DNA from: the human T2T-CHM13v2.0 reference genome, Homo sapiens
Assembly: GCF_009914755.1 (NCBI RefSeq)
Contig: NC_060946.1
Reading direction: 5' to 3' (one strand)
DNA: 64,000 nt
The notes under the pieces are model-generated. The model had not been told where the DNA came from. It saw only the letters and a program-made list of their open reading frames with translations, and made no database searches. Shown here piece after piece: positions 1-14,450 of this stretch; the first letter of the stretch is position 1, and each line of letters begins with the position of its first letter. The translations under genes were made by a program, and so were the position numbers.

Positions 1-73
1 CTCAGAAAAAAAAAAAAAAGAGGAAAGAAGAAAGAAAGAAAGAAGAAAGAAAGAAAGAAAGAAAGAGAAAGAA
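1..73 (+). repeat. Poly(A)/(GAAA)n tail, probably of an Alu ending just before the window
   Basis: Window begins ctca + A-run + GAAA repeats, as at an Alu 3' end. Confidence 0.7.
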
Positions 74-417
74 ACTGCCACAGCCACCCCAACTTTAGCA
101 ACCACCACCCTGATCAGTCAGCAGCCATCAGCATCGAGGTAAGACCCTCCACCAGCAAAAAGATGACGAAGCACCAAAGGCTCAAATGATCATTAGCATA
201 TTTTAGCAACAAAGTATTTTTAGTTAAGATATTTACATTATATTTTAACACAATGTTATTGCACAATTAATAGACTGCAGGATAGTGCAGACATAACTTT
301 TATCCCTGCTGTGAAACCAAAAAGTTCTTGTGACTTGCTTTATGGCAATATTAGCTTAATAAACCAAACCTATAATATCTCTAGAACCAAAGCTGCAATA
401 TCTCTAAGGTATGCCTA
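74..417 (+). mobile_element. Tigger1 DNA transposon, 3' end
   Basis: Matches recalled Tigger1 3' sequence (gccacagccaccccaac...cagcagccatca...aaccaaaaagt...) and ends in the TIR-like aatatctctaaggtatgcct followed by TA. Confidence 0.85.
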
Positions 418-1921
418 TATTTAGTTGATTGAGTGTGTTTAAAAAAAAAAAAAAAGACATCAATACAGTAATGCATTCAACTAATCACTGGCTAATGCTT
501 ACGGCTGCGGGCATAAGACGAGCTGGTGTGTGAGTGTGTGTGTGTGGTCCAGGGGGTGGTGGGGCAATGCCCATGAGGAATCTCTGCCTTTAAGGAACTC
601 CTGGCCTGTCCTGAGAATTAAATACTCAACACACAGTAGTCAGTGTTAAGTGCAATGCAAATAACCCCAACAGTAATTTTCAAGCTAATCTGCCTGGAAG
701 AAAAGCCATCAGTGTTCATGCTTTGAAATCTCTCATTTTCTTCTTTGGGGACATTCCAAGAGCATTGCAAAGTGCAGTGTTAAGATTTTGATCCATGTGT
801 ATTTCTGAGGCAAATTTGCATCTGCCGTTGGCTGGGGCTTGGGCTGCCCGGGGGGGCACCTCTCTCTGACCCTTTTATTCATCATATAACTGCCCCACCA
901 TTACTGCCCAGCCAGCCTTGGCTCGACAGAGACATTCCAGCAAGAGTAAGCGGCTTCTATGGCAAAACAAAGAATGTGTTGGGAGACTCCATCCCCGCTG
1001 GCTGGAAGCATCGCATTTTTTTCTTTCTTCAATTCTCCACTAAGGGCTAACTTTACAACTTTTATTATAATATGCTTTATGTACAACAGTGAAACTTTAC
1101 TGCAACATATGCCTATTTTATATATTCATGCATAAAGCATATTTTTAAAATCCTTCGTCAGAGGCTCATAATACAATATTAAACCCGCACCATATTTTCT
1201 CCATGCATTCATAAAAAAGCACTCAGTCCTTTGGAAAATGTTATTAAGAACTTTGACTCTGGGGTGTAGGATGTTTCAGCCTGTGTAAGTGTTTTGCTGG
1301 AACAGAAGCGGGAGGAGGGACTGCGCCTGCTGCGCCTAACGGGTAACAGGCCTCTGCAGACCTGGAGGAAGGAGAGAGGGTGCTGAAATCCGAGCAGAGC
1401 TGTCTGTGTGGGATATTTTTTTCCTCCACTGGGCAGCAGGAGCTGCAAGACATGGATTGAGGGAGTGCATCCTGCTTCTGTTTGGGAAATGAGATGTCAC
1501 ATCAGAAATTATATTCAGTTATTTATCATCAACAGGAGATTTCCAGCCGGACTGGAAGAAATTGAAACAATACCTCTAAGTAATTCCAGCCTTTTTTGGA
1601 TTAGTGTCTGGTCTCAGGAAAGCCCTATAAACTAGGTGATTCTGACTATTACACATTGTGATGTTTTTGTCCTGGGTCTAAACCCAGCAGATTAATTTTG
1701 AGATTGTATTTGAGATTTTGCATTCTATTTGTCACCGAGTGACCTGCACGACAAGAAATAAAACCTCCCTTTCCTCCCAGACCCATTGCCTTGTTCCCAA
1801 GACACCTGGAGCCGTACCCGGCGGGTGTGGCACCCAGGACACCTTTGTCTTCTAAGTGAGTACTTTCTTTAATTATCAGTCTTCTTACATGTTTTTTAAT
1901 TTTATTAAAAATGCATTAATT

Positions 1922-2261
<340 letters not shown>

Positions 2262-3034
2262 TCATTAACTGATATTCAAAAGTGGCTCATTCTTATAGTC
2301 TGAGATAACGCCAGCCCTGTTTTGTGCAATGACCCTAGAGAGGGCCACTGATGCTGCATCCCTGCTGGGACAGCTGTCCTGGGGGAGGAGGTTGTGGTGA
2401 GCACGTGTCCCATGTGGCACGCAGGACCCATGGACACCCGGAAAGGGCCTCGCCTGCCCACATCATCAGCCTACACCATCCTGACCTATATGACGTCATT
2501 GCTTTAAACAACTGCCCGTCGGCGTGGCTTGCTCTGTGGCTAAAGCTAACAGGTGCCAGCTCCCACCATGAGCTACACAACCCTTCCAGCCCCTAAAAAG
2601 GCAGAAATGAACAAAACGGAAAGAAAATACCTGCATGGAGGAGCCTACCCGCAAGGGGCGTCCGTGTCAGCCTGCCTCACCCGCATCCGCGGCTGTGTGA
2701 CATCACCTTGCACAGGTGTGACCCTGTAATGACACAGAAGACCTGTTTGCAGTCGAGGGAGCTTTCGTCTATTTCCAGGCTTTGGTTTTGTTTCGATAAA
2801 CAGCATCTTACCACAATCACAGGACACTACTCAGGGTGCATGTCTGTTCGTAGAATTGCTGTCCACGCATATCTCCAACTTCAGAAGATACGGAAGCATT
2901 GCCTGGGCTCAGGTGGCCACACAGAGGCAGGAGGAAGATGGACGATGGTGACAAGATGAACAAGAGCAGGTCAGTGAAGGTGCTGCTGTTGCAGAGGTGG
3001 GAGGAGACGGTGCAGCTCCTTGGCAGATGGACAA

Positions 3035-3178
3035 GGCAGCCCTGAGGACCGAGCTGGGAAAGGTTCAAGAGGTGGAGTTTCCTGGTTGATTGTTGATGTC
3101 TGCCAGGGGGCAGCCCTGAGGACCCAACTGGGAAGGGTTCCAGAGGTGGAGTTTCCCGATTGTTGATGTCTGCCAGGG
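3035..3178. repeat. Two-copy tandem duplication, about 74 bp unit
   Basis: ggcagccctgaggacc...tgttgatgtctgccaggg starts at 3035 and again at 3109. Confidence 0.9.
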
Positions 3179-3395
3179 AAGGGGCAGGAGAGAACAGGCA
3201 GGAAAGAGAGCATCCCGTCTCCTGGAGACTTGGTCCAGGTGAAAGGTGCAATTATGAAGAATCGAGAGGACACGGATGATATTTGAAGTGTTTAGAAATG
3301 AAATTCACAGGAATTAAAAGAGGAAATTCTGAGATACGCCTGGCAGTCCCAGACAGCTGGGAGGATGGCCGCAGGTCACTGAGATGGGAAGGTAG

Positions 3396-4191
<796 letters not shown>

Positions 4192-4296
4192 TGAACCGGA
4201 GGGACAGAGGCCAACACAGAGACAGCAAATGACCCCACTGCTCACTGGTACAGAACCACATGGATTCAGTCCCCTGGTTTTCCTGGTATGATGAAA

Positions 4297-4942
4297 GCTC
4301 ACAGGGCCCTCTCTGGGTCCTGGAGGCATCAGAATAATGGAGGAGCTCACAGGGCCTCTCTGCACCCTGGAGGCATTGGTATTATGGAGGAAATTGCAGG
4401 GCCCTCTCTGGGCCCTGGAGGCATCAGTATAATGGAGAAGCTCCAGGGCCTTCTCTGCATCCTGGAGGCATTGGTGTAATGGAGGATCTCACAGAGCCCT
4501 CTCTGCACCCTGGAGGCATTGGTATCATAGAGGAGCTCACAGGGAACCTGTCTGCATCCGGTATAATGGAGGATCTCACAGGGCTCTCTCTGCACCCTGG
4601 AGGCATTGGTGTAATAGAGGATCTCACAGAGCCCTCTCTGTACCCTGGAGGCATTGGTATCATAGAGGATCTCACAGGGCCCTCTCTGCACCCTGGAGGC
4701 ATCGGTATAATGGAGGAGCTCGCAGGGCCTTCTCTGTACCCTGGAGGCATTGATATAATGGAGGATCTCACAGGGCGCTCTCTGCACCCTGGAGGCATTG
4801 GTATAATGGAGGAGCTTGCAGGGCGCTCTCTGTACCCTGGAGGCATCAGTATAATGGAGGAGTTCACAGGGCCCTCTCTGAACCCTGGAGGCATCGGTAT
4901 AATGGAGGAGCTCACAGGGCCCTCTCTGCACCCTGGAGGCAT
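4297..4942. repeat. Minisatellite, 48-bp unit, about 13-14 copies
   Basis: Unit acagggccctctctgcaccctggaggcattggtataatggaggagctc; 16-aa periodicity in overlapping ORFs; one internally deleted unit near 4540-4577. Confidence 0.97.
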
Positions 4943-6324
4943 CTGCTGACCCTGAGTCTCCCTCTCCTGTCCCCTTTGCCTGCTCAGCCCACTTTTCCAG
5001 CACTGCTGACATTGTCACTCAAGGCTAAGAACAATTCCAGGAAACGCTGGTGTAGGATGCTGTCTACCTGAACTGTCTGGTTCTGAGAAAGGAAGACAGG
5101 ACGGTTGTGTCTCTCACACACCTGGGAACAAGCTGCCCCTCCTGAGCCCCCTGCAGCCACCATGCAGGGGAGAGAGGGAAACCAGAGTGGGCTTGGCAAG
5201 AGCCAAGACAGGCTTCCAAGCAAGGCCCTGAGCAGCAACGGCCAAGCTCCCAGGACCCTGGCTGCCTCCGAGGAGCCGGCTACTCCATTCAGCCCTGCAA
5301 ACCACGCCACCAGACTTCCTGAGCTATGGCCTTTTTGGAAAAGCAGTGAGAAGCTCCCAGCCACACCCTCTCCTTCCCTGGTCCCCACCGACCTCACAGA
5401 CCCACCCACACGGTCACCACAAAGGCCTTCCTCGGTGCCCGCACCTCCGCCACTTCCTGGCGTTTTCTCTCTCCTTCTTCAGGCTGCTGACCTGGGGAGG
5501 TCAAAACACCGGGAGCTGACCTTGACCTTGGCACCCACGAAGCAGTCCGGCGACATTCCAGGCCAAACCCGACTTGGGGAGAAAAATGTCATTTCCCAGG
5601 ATTTTATATCCAGCAATCTTCCCATCCCCGGTCCCTACCAACCTATTCTAACTCCCTCCCAGGTTTCCTCAAAAACCACCCAGAGGACCGACATTCTGGT
5701 GTTGGGTGTATGGAGGGTTGGCAGATGGCAGTGGCCAGCGCATAGCAGGGGACACCCGTGCCGTCCTCGGAAACTGGATATGGGCTCGGCACGTCGGCCC
5801 ACATGGCAGAGCGCCCTCAGTGTTCTGTGGTGGCCTCGGGGGGACGACACCTCTCCTTGCCCCTTTCTGACCTTGCTGGTTGGGGCCGTGGCTGGATTCC
5901 AGGCCTGGAAGTTTGGTTGCTGACCTGCGTGTGAAGCTAAGGAACCGGGAGAAGAAGGCACGAGAGGTGGCTGTGAGGCGAGGCCTGGTCAGCAAAACAG
6001 CCCTCCACACAGCCCTGCGAGAGAGGAGAGCAGGCCAGTGGCTTCTGCCTGGGTTTTCTTCCAAATCCATTTCAATTCCAGAGCTTCATGTGGAGCTTAG
6101 TGTCATATCTCAATTCAATTAGCAACAAAGCGAGTAAGGGCAGGTGGATGCTGGATTGCAGCCACCCAGGAGCAGAAAGACAATTGGCGACAGGCACTCA
6201 CATCTCTGCAGAAAGGTGGAAGGAAGGGCCTGGTTTGGGGAGTAAGGGCCAGAGGACAATGGCTTATGTCCTGAGGGGCAATGGGACAGGGCTCTTGCTG
6301 CCTGGGAGGGCATGGCCCCTTGGT

Positions 6325-6410
6325 CAGCCACCACTGCCAGGGTAGCTCCAGCGATGGGGCCCCCTGCCAGCCACCACTCCCAGAGTAGCTCCAGCGATGG
6401 GTCCCCCGCC
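6325..6410. repeat. Two-copy tandem duplication, 43 bp unit
   Basis: cagccaccact.ccag.gtagctccagcgatggg.cccc at 6325 and 6368. Confidence 0.9.
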
Positions 6411-7249
6411 TGCCCTGGGCCTCTCAGAGCCCCTCCCTTCACAGGCCTGTGAGGAGCAGAGCCACAGGCTTTGAGGGACAGAGCATGCGTAGGAAATGCA
6501 AGGTCAGGCAGAGCCAGCAGGGCAGGAAACACCTGCTTTGGGAAGAGAGTTTGCCCCTCAGATCCCCAGAAGAGGGGCACCCGTGCCACGCCAGGCCACG
6601 CAGGGGCACCAGGGTCATCACACGCAGAGAAGGGGAAGCGTGGGCAAAGCCTTTACTGTGGCTCCATGGAAGGAACGGGCAGGGTGGGGCAGCGGGCTTA
6701 GGACTGCCCAGTGTGGACACCCCGGTGGGAGCTGGGCAGGGGCTGTCCCTGGCTGCCGGCCACCTGGCCCGGGGCGATGAGGGCTGGAGGATGGGACCCA
6801 GGGTGTGAGAGCCCAGGGAGGAGGGAGAGGTGGGGCCTCCAATCTGAGTGGTTTGTATTGAAAGGTGTGCTCAGAGGCAAGTCACCCACCATCTCTAGGG
6901 ATTAGAGCTCGGGGGAGCAGTCCCTCCAGGGTCAGCGAGGACCTGAAGGTCAAAGCTTGGAAACAAAAGTCAGAGTTAGCACCTCTGCTGTTGGAGGCAC
7001 CTGCCAAGACTCCATGGAGCTTCTGTCCCTGACCGGGAGAAACTCCGGGCTGCCCGTGCTCTCCCTGACCGCAGGCGCTGCCAGTGCCTCTGATGCGGCC
7101 CCTCCACATCCTCCAGGGCACCCTGCGGCACCTGCTCTCTGCAGCCCGGCCTCCCTGCCTCCCTAAGACCTGGGGACCAACCAGATCATGCCACCTGTTT
7201 TGCGAAACTGCAAGATAAAGTGGGGTTTGCACATCTCACTCTTCTAGCA

Positions 7250-8062
<813 letters not shown>

Positions 8063-9392
8063 CATTACAAAGAAAAAACAGTTCCTGTTGATGCTTACTT
8101 TGCAGAACATATTGCAATCCCCCCAGCATTAATGCTAAGAGTGATTCAAATTTCCCTTAAGGAACTTCTCACCCCCACACCTCCGGGCTGTGACACGGGA
8201 TGTCCCCTGAGACACCACGGCCTTACACCTGCCCAGAACGGCTCCACTGGCTCGGCTGTGGGCGTCTGCAGCTGTGGGTGTCTGCAGCACGGGGGTCCTC
8301 TCTTCCACTTTCAGAGGCAGATCTCGGCCCCACGGCTCCTGACCTTCTCCCTGTTCAACAACCCATTTCCTGCCTCACCGCCTTTGGGACCAGGTTGCCG
8401 CTGGGCCCCAGATGGCGGGACGCTGAAGGTCTGCATCTCCGGATCTCCAGTTCATCAGTCACCGGCTGAGATGGAGTCGGCACTCCGTGGCTGCACGGTG
8501 CCCGCCTGAGCTCCAGCTGACTTCAAATAGTTCCTGAAGATGGCTCGTGTCTATGTTCCCGCAGTGGCCTGGTTTTAAGCAGAAAGCTTGTCTGCGACCG
8601 CCGGCTGCCAAGACTGTCTCTCTGTTCATTCTCAACCCTGCCTCCCTGCCCTCGGCAGCCCCTCACTCTCTGATGTGTGACTAAGGCTCTGTTTATGCTC
8701 TCATTAAGGCAGACAGAGTGCAATGCCGTTTGCAAGTGAGCTACAGAATTATTCACCAAAACAGCGTCTAGAGGTTCATCCTTAAGGAACAGTCACAGGA
8801 AAATTGGTTTCTGTACCACACATGGAAAATAGAGACAAATGGTTGAGCTCTAAGTTCCATGATTCGTTCTCCATGGCCAGGAGAACCACTTAAAGGATTC
8901 CACGCAGATGGGCAGTGGCCGAGGCAGTTTCCTCATCCAGGAAGTTCTTGTCCTGGTAGAAACTAAACGATAGAAAGGCCAGCTCCGACGCCACAGCGGC
9001 CTCCACAGAGGGGCTTACGGTCACGGCACAAGCGGCTGATTTCCAGATAAAGGGAGCAAGTCATAACTGGGATGAGTGTTCCTAGGGCCAGAGGGATGGA
9101 GGCAGTACCCCAGGTGAGGAAGGGCTACGGGAGGGTCACGGCAGTGTCTGGGAAAGCGTGGGTCTGCCTGCAGTTAGAGTTACAAGCATCAGAGTCTGCA
9201 CTCCTACCCGGATGATGGCAGAGTGACGCACGCAGTAAGGGAACAGCCAGGCTGATCCCCCGGCATCGCGTCCCAGGCAGGCCAACCCTGTGACAAGCCC
9301 TCCAGCCGGGGCCGCCCTCTGAGGCTGGAGTCATGGGGAATGGACAAGGCTGGCTGGAGCCAAGTGACCAAGGGGACAAGCCGGCAGAGGCA

Positions 9393-9568
9393 GGTGACAA
9401 CGCCACCTCCAAAGCTCAGTGGGGTGCTGCCCAGGCCCTGGCCTCTGCCGCGGCTCTGCCAGGCATCTCCAGCCCCATGGCTTCTGTTGAGACCCCTCTG
9501 CCTTGTTGAAACCGAGGCCATCCTGATGATGTCTGAATGCCTTTGGGGTGCTTCTCTTGGAGGACAGA
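9393..9568. repeat. Dispersed direct copy of 12050-12234 (MLT1-internal-derived)
   Basis: Shared blocks such as caacgccacctccaaagctcagtggggtgctgcccaggccctg and ttggaggacaga. Confidence 0.92.
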
Positions 9569-9859
9569 GGGGAGCCGCATCAAACCCGCGGGGAGAGGGG
9601 TCACGTCAGATGTGGCAGGGCCCGGCAGGGAACTGAGGGGTTTCGGCCTCACTCCTTCCTCTTCTCTGTGGTTAAATTGAGGTGGTGCTTGATTTTTTTT
9701 TCCTCGTGTTTTTCTCCTGGTTTCCTGCACTGGGCAGGGAAAGGGTGCTGGTGTCCGTGAACATGGCCGTTTCACGCCTCCTGGTGCCGATGGAGTGGCG
9801 CTTTCTACACCACAACTTGCTTCCTTCCTTCCTCAGTACTTCCCGGTGCCTTTCTGCCA

Positions 9860-10560
9860 CTGAGGTCGGCCTCGTTTCATGGAACTGATGTACGTGAATC
9901 TGCGACATGGATGCATCATCATTTACATAACCGGTTTCCAACCCGTGAACGTTGACGTCGTCTGCAAATGTTCATTCTCGGGAGCAGGGCTGCAGGATCC
10001 TCCTGGGGGCCACTTTCTGCACATGCACAGACTTCCGCAGAGATTTTCAAACCTAAAACTGCTGCATAAAAGAAAATGCACATTTAAAATGTGATAGATG
10101 CCGCCAATTTGCCCCTGAAACGTATCCATTTTCTCTGGTTTATTTTCATGATTTCTCCTTAGAATTTTTCACTGTCTGCAGCTAATCCATGTTCTGACCA
10201 TCGATCGGCCTGGCTGTGTTTCCATCAGCTGTGGACACCCTGTGGACAGACACGGGGCTCCTATCATCTCCCCTTGCCTTTCCAGGCCTGGGAACGTTTA
10301 CTGAATGAATGAATCCAAGGACTGAGCCACACTTCAGGAGGACACACATTTCCCCAGCCCCTACCAATCCTGAATGTTGAGAATCCCTCCAATTTAGCCA
10401 ATTTGAGAGAGGTATCATTGTTTTTATACTAGTGAGGTTGATTGATTGTATTTTATGTTTATTTGCCATTTATACATATTTCTTTAATTTGCTTGTTCAT
10501 ATAATTTTTTCCATTCTTTAATTGTTTTAGTTGTATTTTTCTTGTTGAAGTGTGAGATAT
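9860..10560 (-). mobile_element. Highly diverged L1 (L1ME-like) fragments
   Basis: Antisense L1M-type phrases (gatagatgccgccaatttgccc; tttagccaattt; tgtttatttgccattt; ttgcttgttcatat). Boundaries approximate. Confidence 0.5.
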
Positions 10561-11311
10561 ATATTTATCTATATATTATATACGCACATATATATATCAT
10601 CTTAATTCAAGGAAGCTTAAAGATTTTAGCAATTTAGTTCAGTACCAGTGAATTTCATCAATCTTTTTTTCAATCAACAAGCACAGAATGGATTCATAAG
10701 CGATAATTTAGACTGTACTTTGTAACATTGATTATATCATTGTCTTCACATTTTCATTTGGATTTACTGTATGGGATAATAGTAATATGCAAAGCAATGA
10801 GCATTAAATATGTGTAAATATTTAAACATTCCAGAGTCAGTCAGAAATTCTCCATTGTGTTAAAAGACAGTGAAATTTTAAAAAATATGTTCATAAACAG
10901 ATTTTAAACATTTGTTTTCTAACAATTCTATAGATGGTAAGTACAGACGGTGGATATCATCAGAGAGGAAACAGGATGGTGCCCGCTGAAAGGTCCCCTG
11001 ACGTGGCGGATCTCTCTCACGTCCTAGAGAGCTAACCCTAACAGAATTGAGTTTCCTTCCTCCTCTTGACGGTGGAGACAGAGTTTCACTGACTGCTGGT
11101 CACAGGAGGCTTCCTCAAGGCGCTCATGGCTGGGTGCCGGCAGGTGGTCCCCAGAACAGGACACTCTGGAGCATCAGGCACTGGCCAGCGTCCTCAGGGG
11201 TCTGAGCACACCCAGGCTGGCTGCAAGCCTGTCTCCAAGCCATCCTCAGCAAATCCGTCAAGCTGAGCAAAGTCACGATGCCCTGAATCTCATTCACCCT
11301 GTCACAGCATG

Positions 11312-11421
11312 GATTAAACCCTGAAGGATGCTTGTAAAGGGTCCGACTGGGGTGACCACAGAGCGTGTGATTAAACCCTGAAGGATCCCTGTAAAGGGTC
11401 CGATTGGGGTGAACACAGAGC
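11312..11421. repeat. Two-copy tandem duplication, 57 bp unit
   Basis: gattaaaccctgaaggat...gtaaagggtccga.tggggtga.cacagagc at 11312 and 11369. Confidence 0.92.
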
Positions 11422-11608
11422 TTTCATTTCAAAATAGAGTGGGAGAGGGTCATGCATTTCCTGGTTAATTGGTACATTCCAGATGGGTTCATTAGAAGTT
11501 TGGAAACATTCCCTGGAGATGAAATAACTTCTATTATCACAGTATCTGTCGGGTGGAAATTCCAAAGATGTTTTCAGGGATTGAGAAAACAGGGAAATAA
11601 CAAGGAGG

Positions 11609-12944
11609 CTCATTAGGATTTCAGCATGTGATGCTGGCAGTGGGGAGTGCAGACACCCAGCCTCTAATTCTGCCACCAACCCCAACTGTCCTCCTCACAG
11701 GCAAAACACATTCATTCCATCCCAACAGCCCCCACAGCCATAACTCACCCCAGCTGCTGTGAGGGTTAAAACCCAGAGCCTGCCTTAACATCGCCTAAAT
11801 CAAAAGTGAGGGAGGCCGAGGCCAGAGCCATGCCGAGGCAGCATTCCTCTCCAGCCATGCCTCTGCAAACCCAATGCGACGTGCTTCCAAAACACAATGT
11901 CATGACAGCCACTGAACAGGCGCTCCCTCCCGCAGGGAGGAATGGAAGGAGGAAAGGATGACAAGTCCCAAGCGGGTCCAAATCCCAGCGAGGCAGGTTC
12001 CATGAGAATTTCCTCTTTGGCTTGAAAGTCTGCCTGCCGGGCCCACTATGGTGGCAACGCCACCTCCAAAGCTCAGTGGGGTGCTGCCCAGGCCCTGACC
12101 CCTGCCGCGGCTCTGCCAGGCATTGCCAGCCCCGTGGCTTCTGTTGGAAGCCCTCCGCCTCATTGAAATCTAGGCCATCCTGACGATGTCTGAATAACCT
12201 TTGGGGCGCTTCTCCCCTTTTCTTGGAGGACAGAACACTGCACGGTCCCCCTTCATTCTGCCCACATCCTCTGCTTCCCAGAATCCCTCTGCAGAGCTTC
12301 CACTGCCCTGACCCCATCTCAGCCCTGGTTTCTGCGGAGATGACGGAGAAGGTCTGTGCTCACACCCACACCAATCGCCTTATCAGGTCGTCAAGTCACC
12401 ACAACCTTGGTGTTCTTCGCTGAAGATGTTTTATTTTTTGTAACATGGAATTTTCCAATTGTTTAATTTCTGGTTCCTTGGTAATTCCATCTCTGTTCAT
12501 TTTTCTCTTCAGGAGAAACCAAGCTGCTCCTTCAACATTTTGCTTAGAGATCCTCAGCTAAATATCGAATGTGATCACTGACAAGCTCTGCTTGTCTTGA
12601 AATGATAGAACACAAACACAGTTCCGCTACCTTCTTTGCCTCTTGATGACAAGCACGGCTTTTCCTGCAGTTTCCAATCATATGTTCCCCCTTTCCATCT
12701 GAGACCTCAGCAGAGGAGCTCTTAACGCCCCTGCTTCCACCAATGTTCAGTACATAGTGAAGTACGTATTCTCTAAGAAGATGAGAACTTTCTCTATAGC
12801 TCTTTTTCCTTTCTGGGCCCTCGTCACAATCACCTTGCAAAGTCCATTGGCAGCAATGTCAGAATTTTTTCCTATGCACTTTGAAGCTGCATCCACATTT
12901 TTAGGTGATTGTGACAGCAGCACCCCGTTCTCAGTACCAACTCC
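11609..12944 (-). mobile_element. MLT1 (ERVL-MaLR) internal region plus a short remnant of the 3' LTR
   Basis: Resembles recalled MLT1-int. The minus ORF 12544-12840 (EVSDGKGEHMIGNCRKSRAC...HIRYLAEDL) resembles the MaLR internal ORF (VSDGDEELVGNWSKGDSC...LGYLAEEI). Confidence 0.8.
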
Positions 12945-13316
12945 TATCCTGGTCAATTCAGGCTTCTGAAACAGAACACCAAAGACGGGGTGATGTAAAC
13001 AGCAGCAATTCACTCCTCACAGTTCTGAAGTCCAAGAAGTCTGAGATCAAGGTGCTGGCAGGTCCATGGGTGGGAGCCCATTTCTGGTGGACAGATAGCC
13101 ATCTTCCTCCTGTTTCCATGCCTGGAAGACAGCAGAGAGAGAAAGAGCAAGTGCTCTCATATATTTGTATGCGGGCTCAAATCCTGTTTTTTATTAGCTC
13201 CATCCTCATGACCTAATTCCTTCCCAAAGATCCCATCTCCAAATGCTATCCTATTAGGGGTTAGGGTCACAACATGTGAACGGGGTGGGGGACCGCAAAC
13301 ATTCGTTCCAGGAATA
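12945..13316 (-). mobile_element. MLT1A-type LTR (5' LTR of the element)
   Basis: ctcacagttctgaag...gagatcaaggtgctggcagg...ctcatgacctaat...ggggaccgcaaacattc. Confidence 0.85.
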
Positions 13317-13692
13317 AGCTGATAGTATTTTTATGTGAATCACAAATACGAATGCCTACAATTGCCCGAAGTCTGGTTTGTGCTGTGAAATCCAAGATGC
13401 ATCAAGTTTGAGCTTATTTACAAAAACACAGGCTCTTGAGTCCAGTTAGGCTTATGTTTAACACTCAATAAATGCTTCCAAATTGATTAGTCTGGAGCAG
13501 CTACCTTTGATTTAATTGAAAGGGAAGGACCACAGCTCAAGCTAATAGACGACCTAAACCCATCAGGCAGGGCAGGTGCAACGGCGAGCAATGGAATCGT
13601 GAGCTGTCCTCTCTGTTCATATCCAGTGGCCCTCGCTTAATCTTTAGACGCAATTCAAGAGGCACATGGTTCAGTTCTAAAGAATTTTGTGA

Positions 13693-13944
<252 letters not shown>

Positions 13945-14069
13945 TAAAACTGTCATTATGATTTATCAAGAAAGTAATTCATTTGAGAACTTTAAAAATG
14001 AGGCCAAATCGCCACTCAGTTAAATTTCATTACTTTTATAACTATTTCCATTTTAAAAGAAACAATAAA

Positions 14070-14450
14070 AATAAATAAAATGAGCATTAAATCTAAGAAA
14101 TTAGAACGAGACCAACCAAAGACCAAAGGAAGCCAGGAAGAACTTAATTAACTCAAAAGCAGAAAGTAATGACTTGTGAGCGGTAATTCAGCAGAATAAT
14201 TAAGGCCGAGAATCTTTTTTTTTTTTTTTTTGGAAAGACCAATCAAATAGAGACACCCCTGTCAACTCTAATTAAGAACAACGAGTCAGGAAAAAGAATT
14301 CAGATGCCGCGAAGCCACTGCATGACAAGGACGCCGTCTACAGAGCGATACACTCAAATCCAGACCGTGTAGTTGAAAAGGATCATTCTGGGGAGAAACA
14401 CCAATTGCCAAAATTATCCAAAGGAAAACAGATGCCAGCAACTGGGTAAC
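14070..14450 (+). mobile_element. Diverged L1 ORF2 fragment
   Basis: A-rich L1 phrases (ctaagaaattagaa, ttttggaaagaccaatcaaatagagacacccct). Confidence 0.5.

Noticed and set aside
5105-5923. 272-aa ORF
   Set aside because: Non-ATG start, Pro/Ser-rich composition expected from GC content, many overlapping ORFs, no recognisable family.
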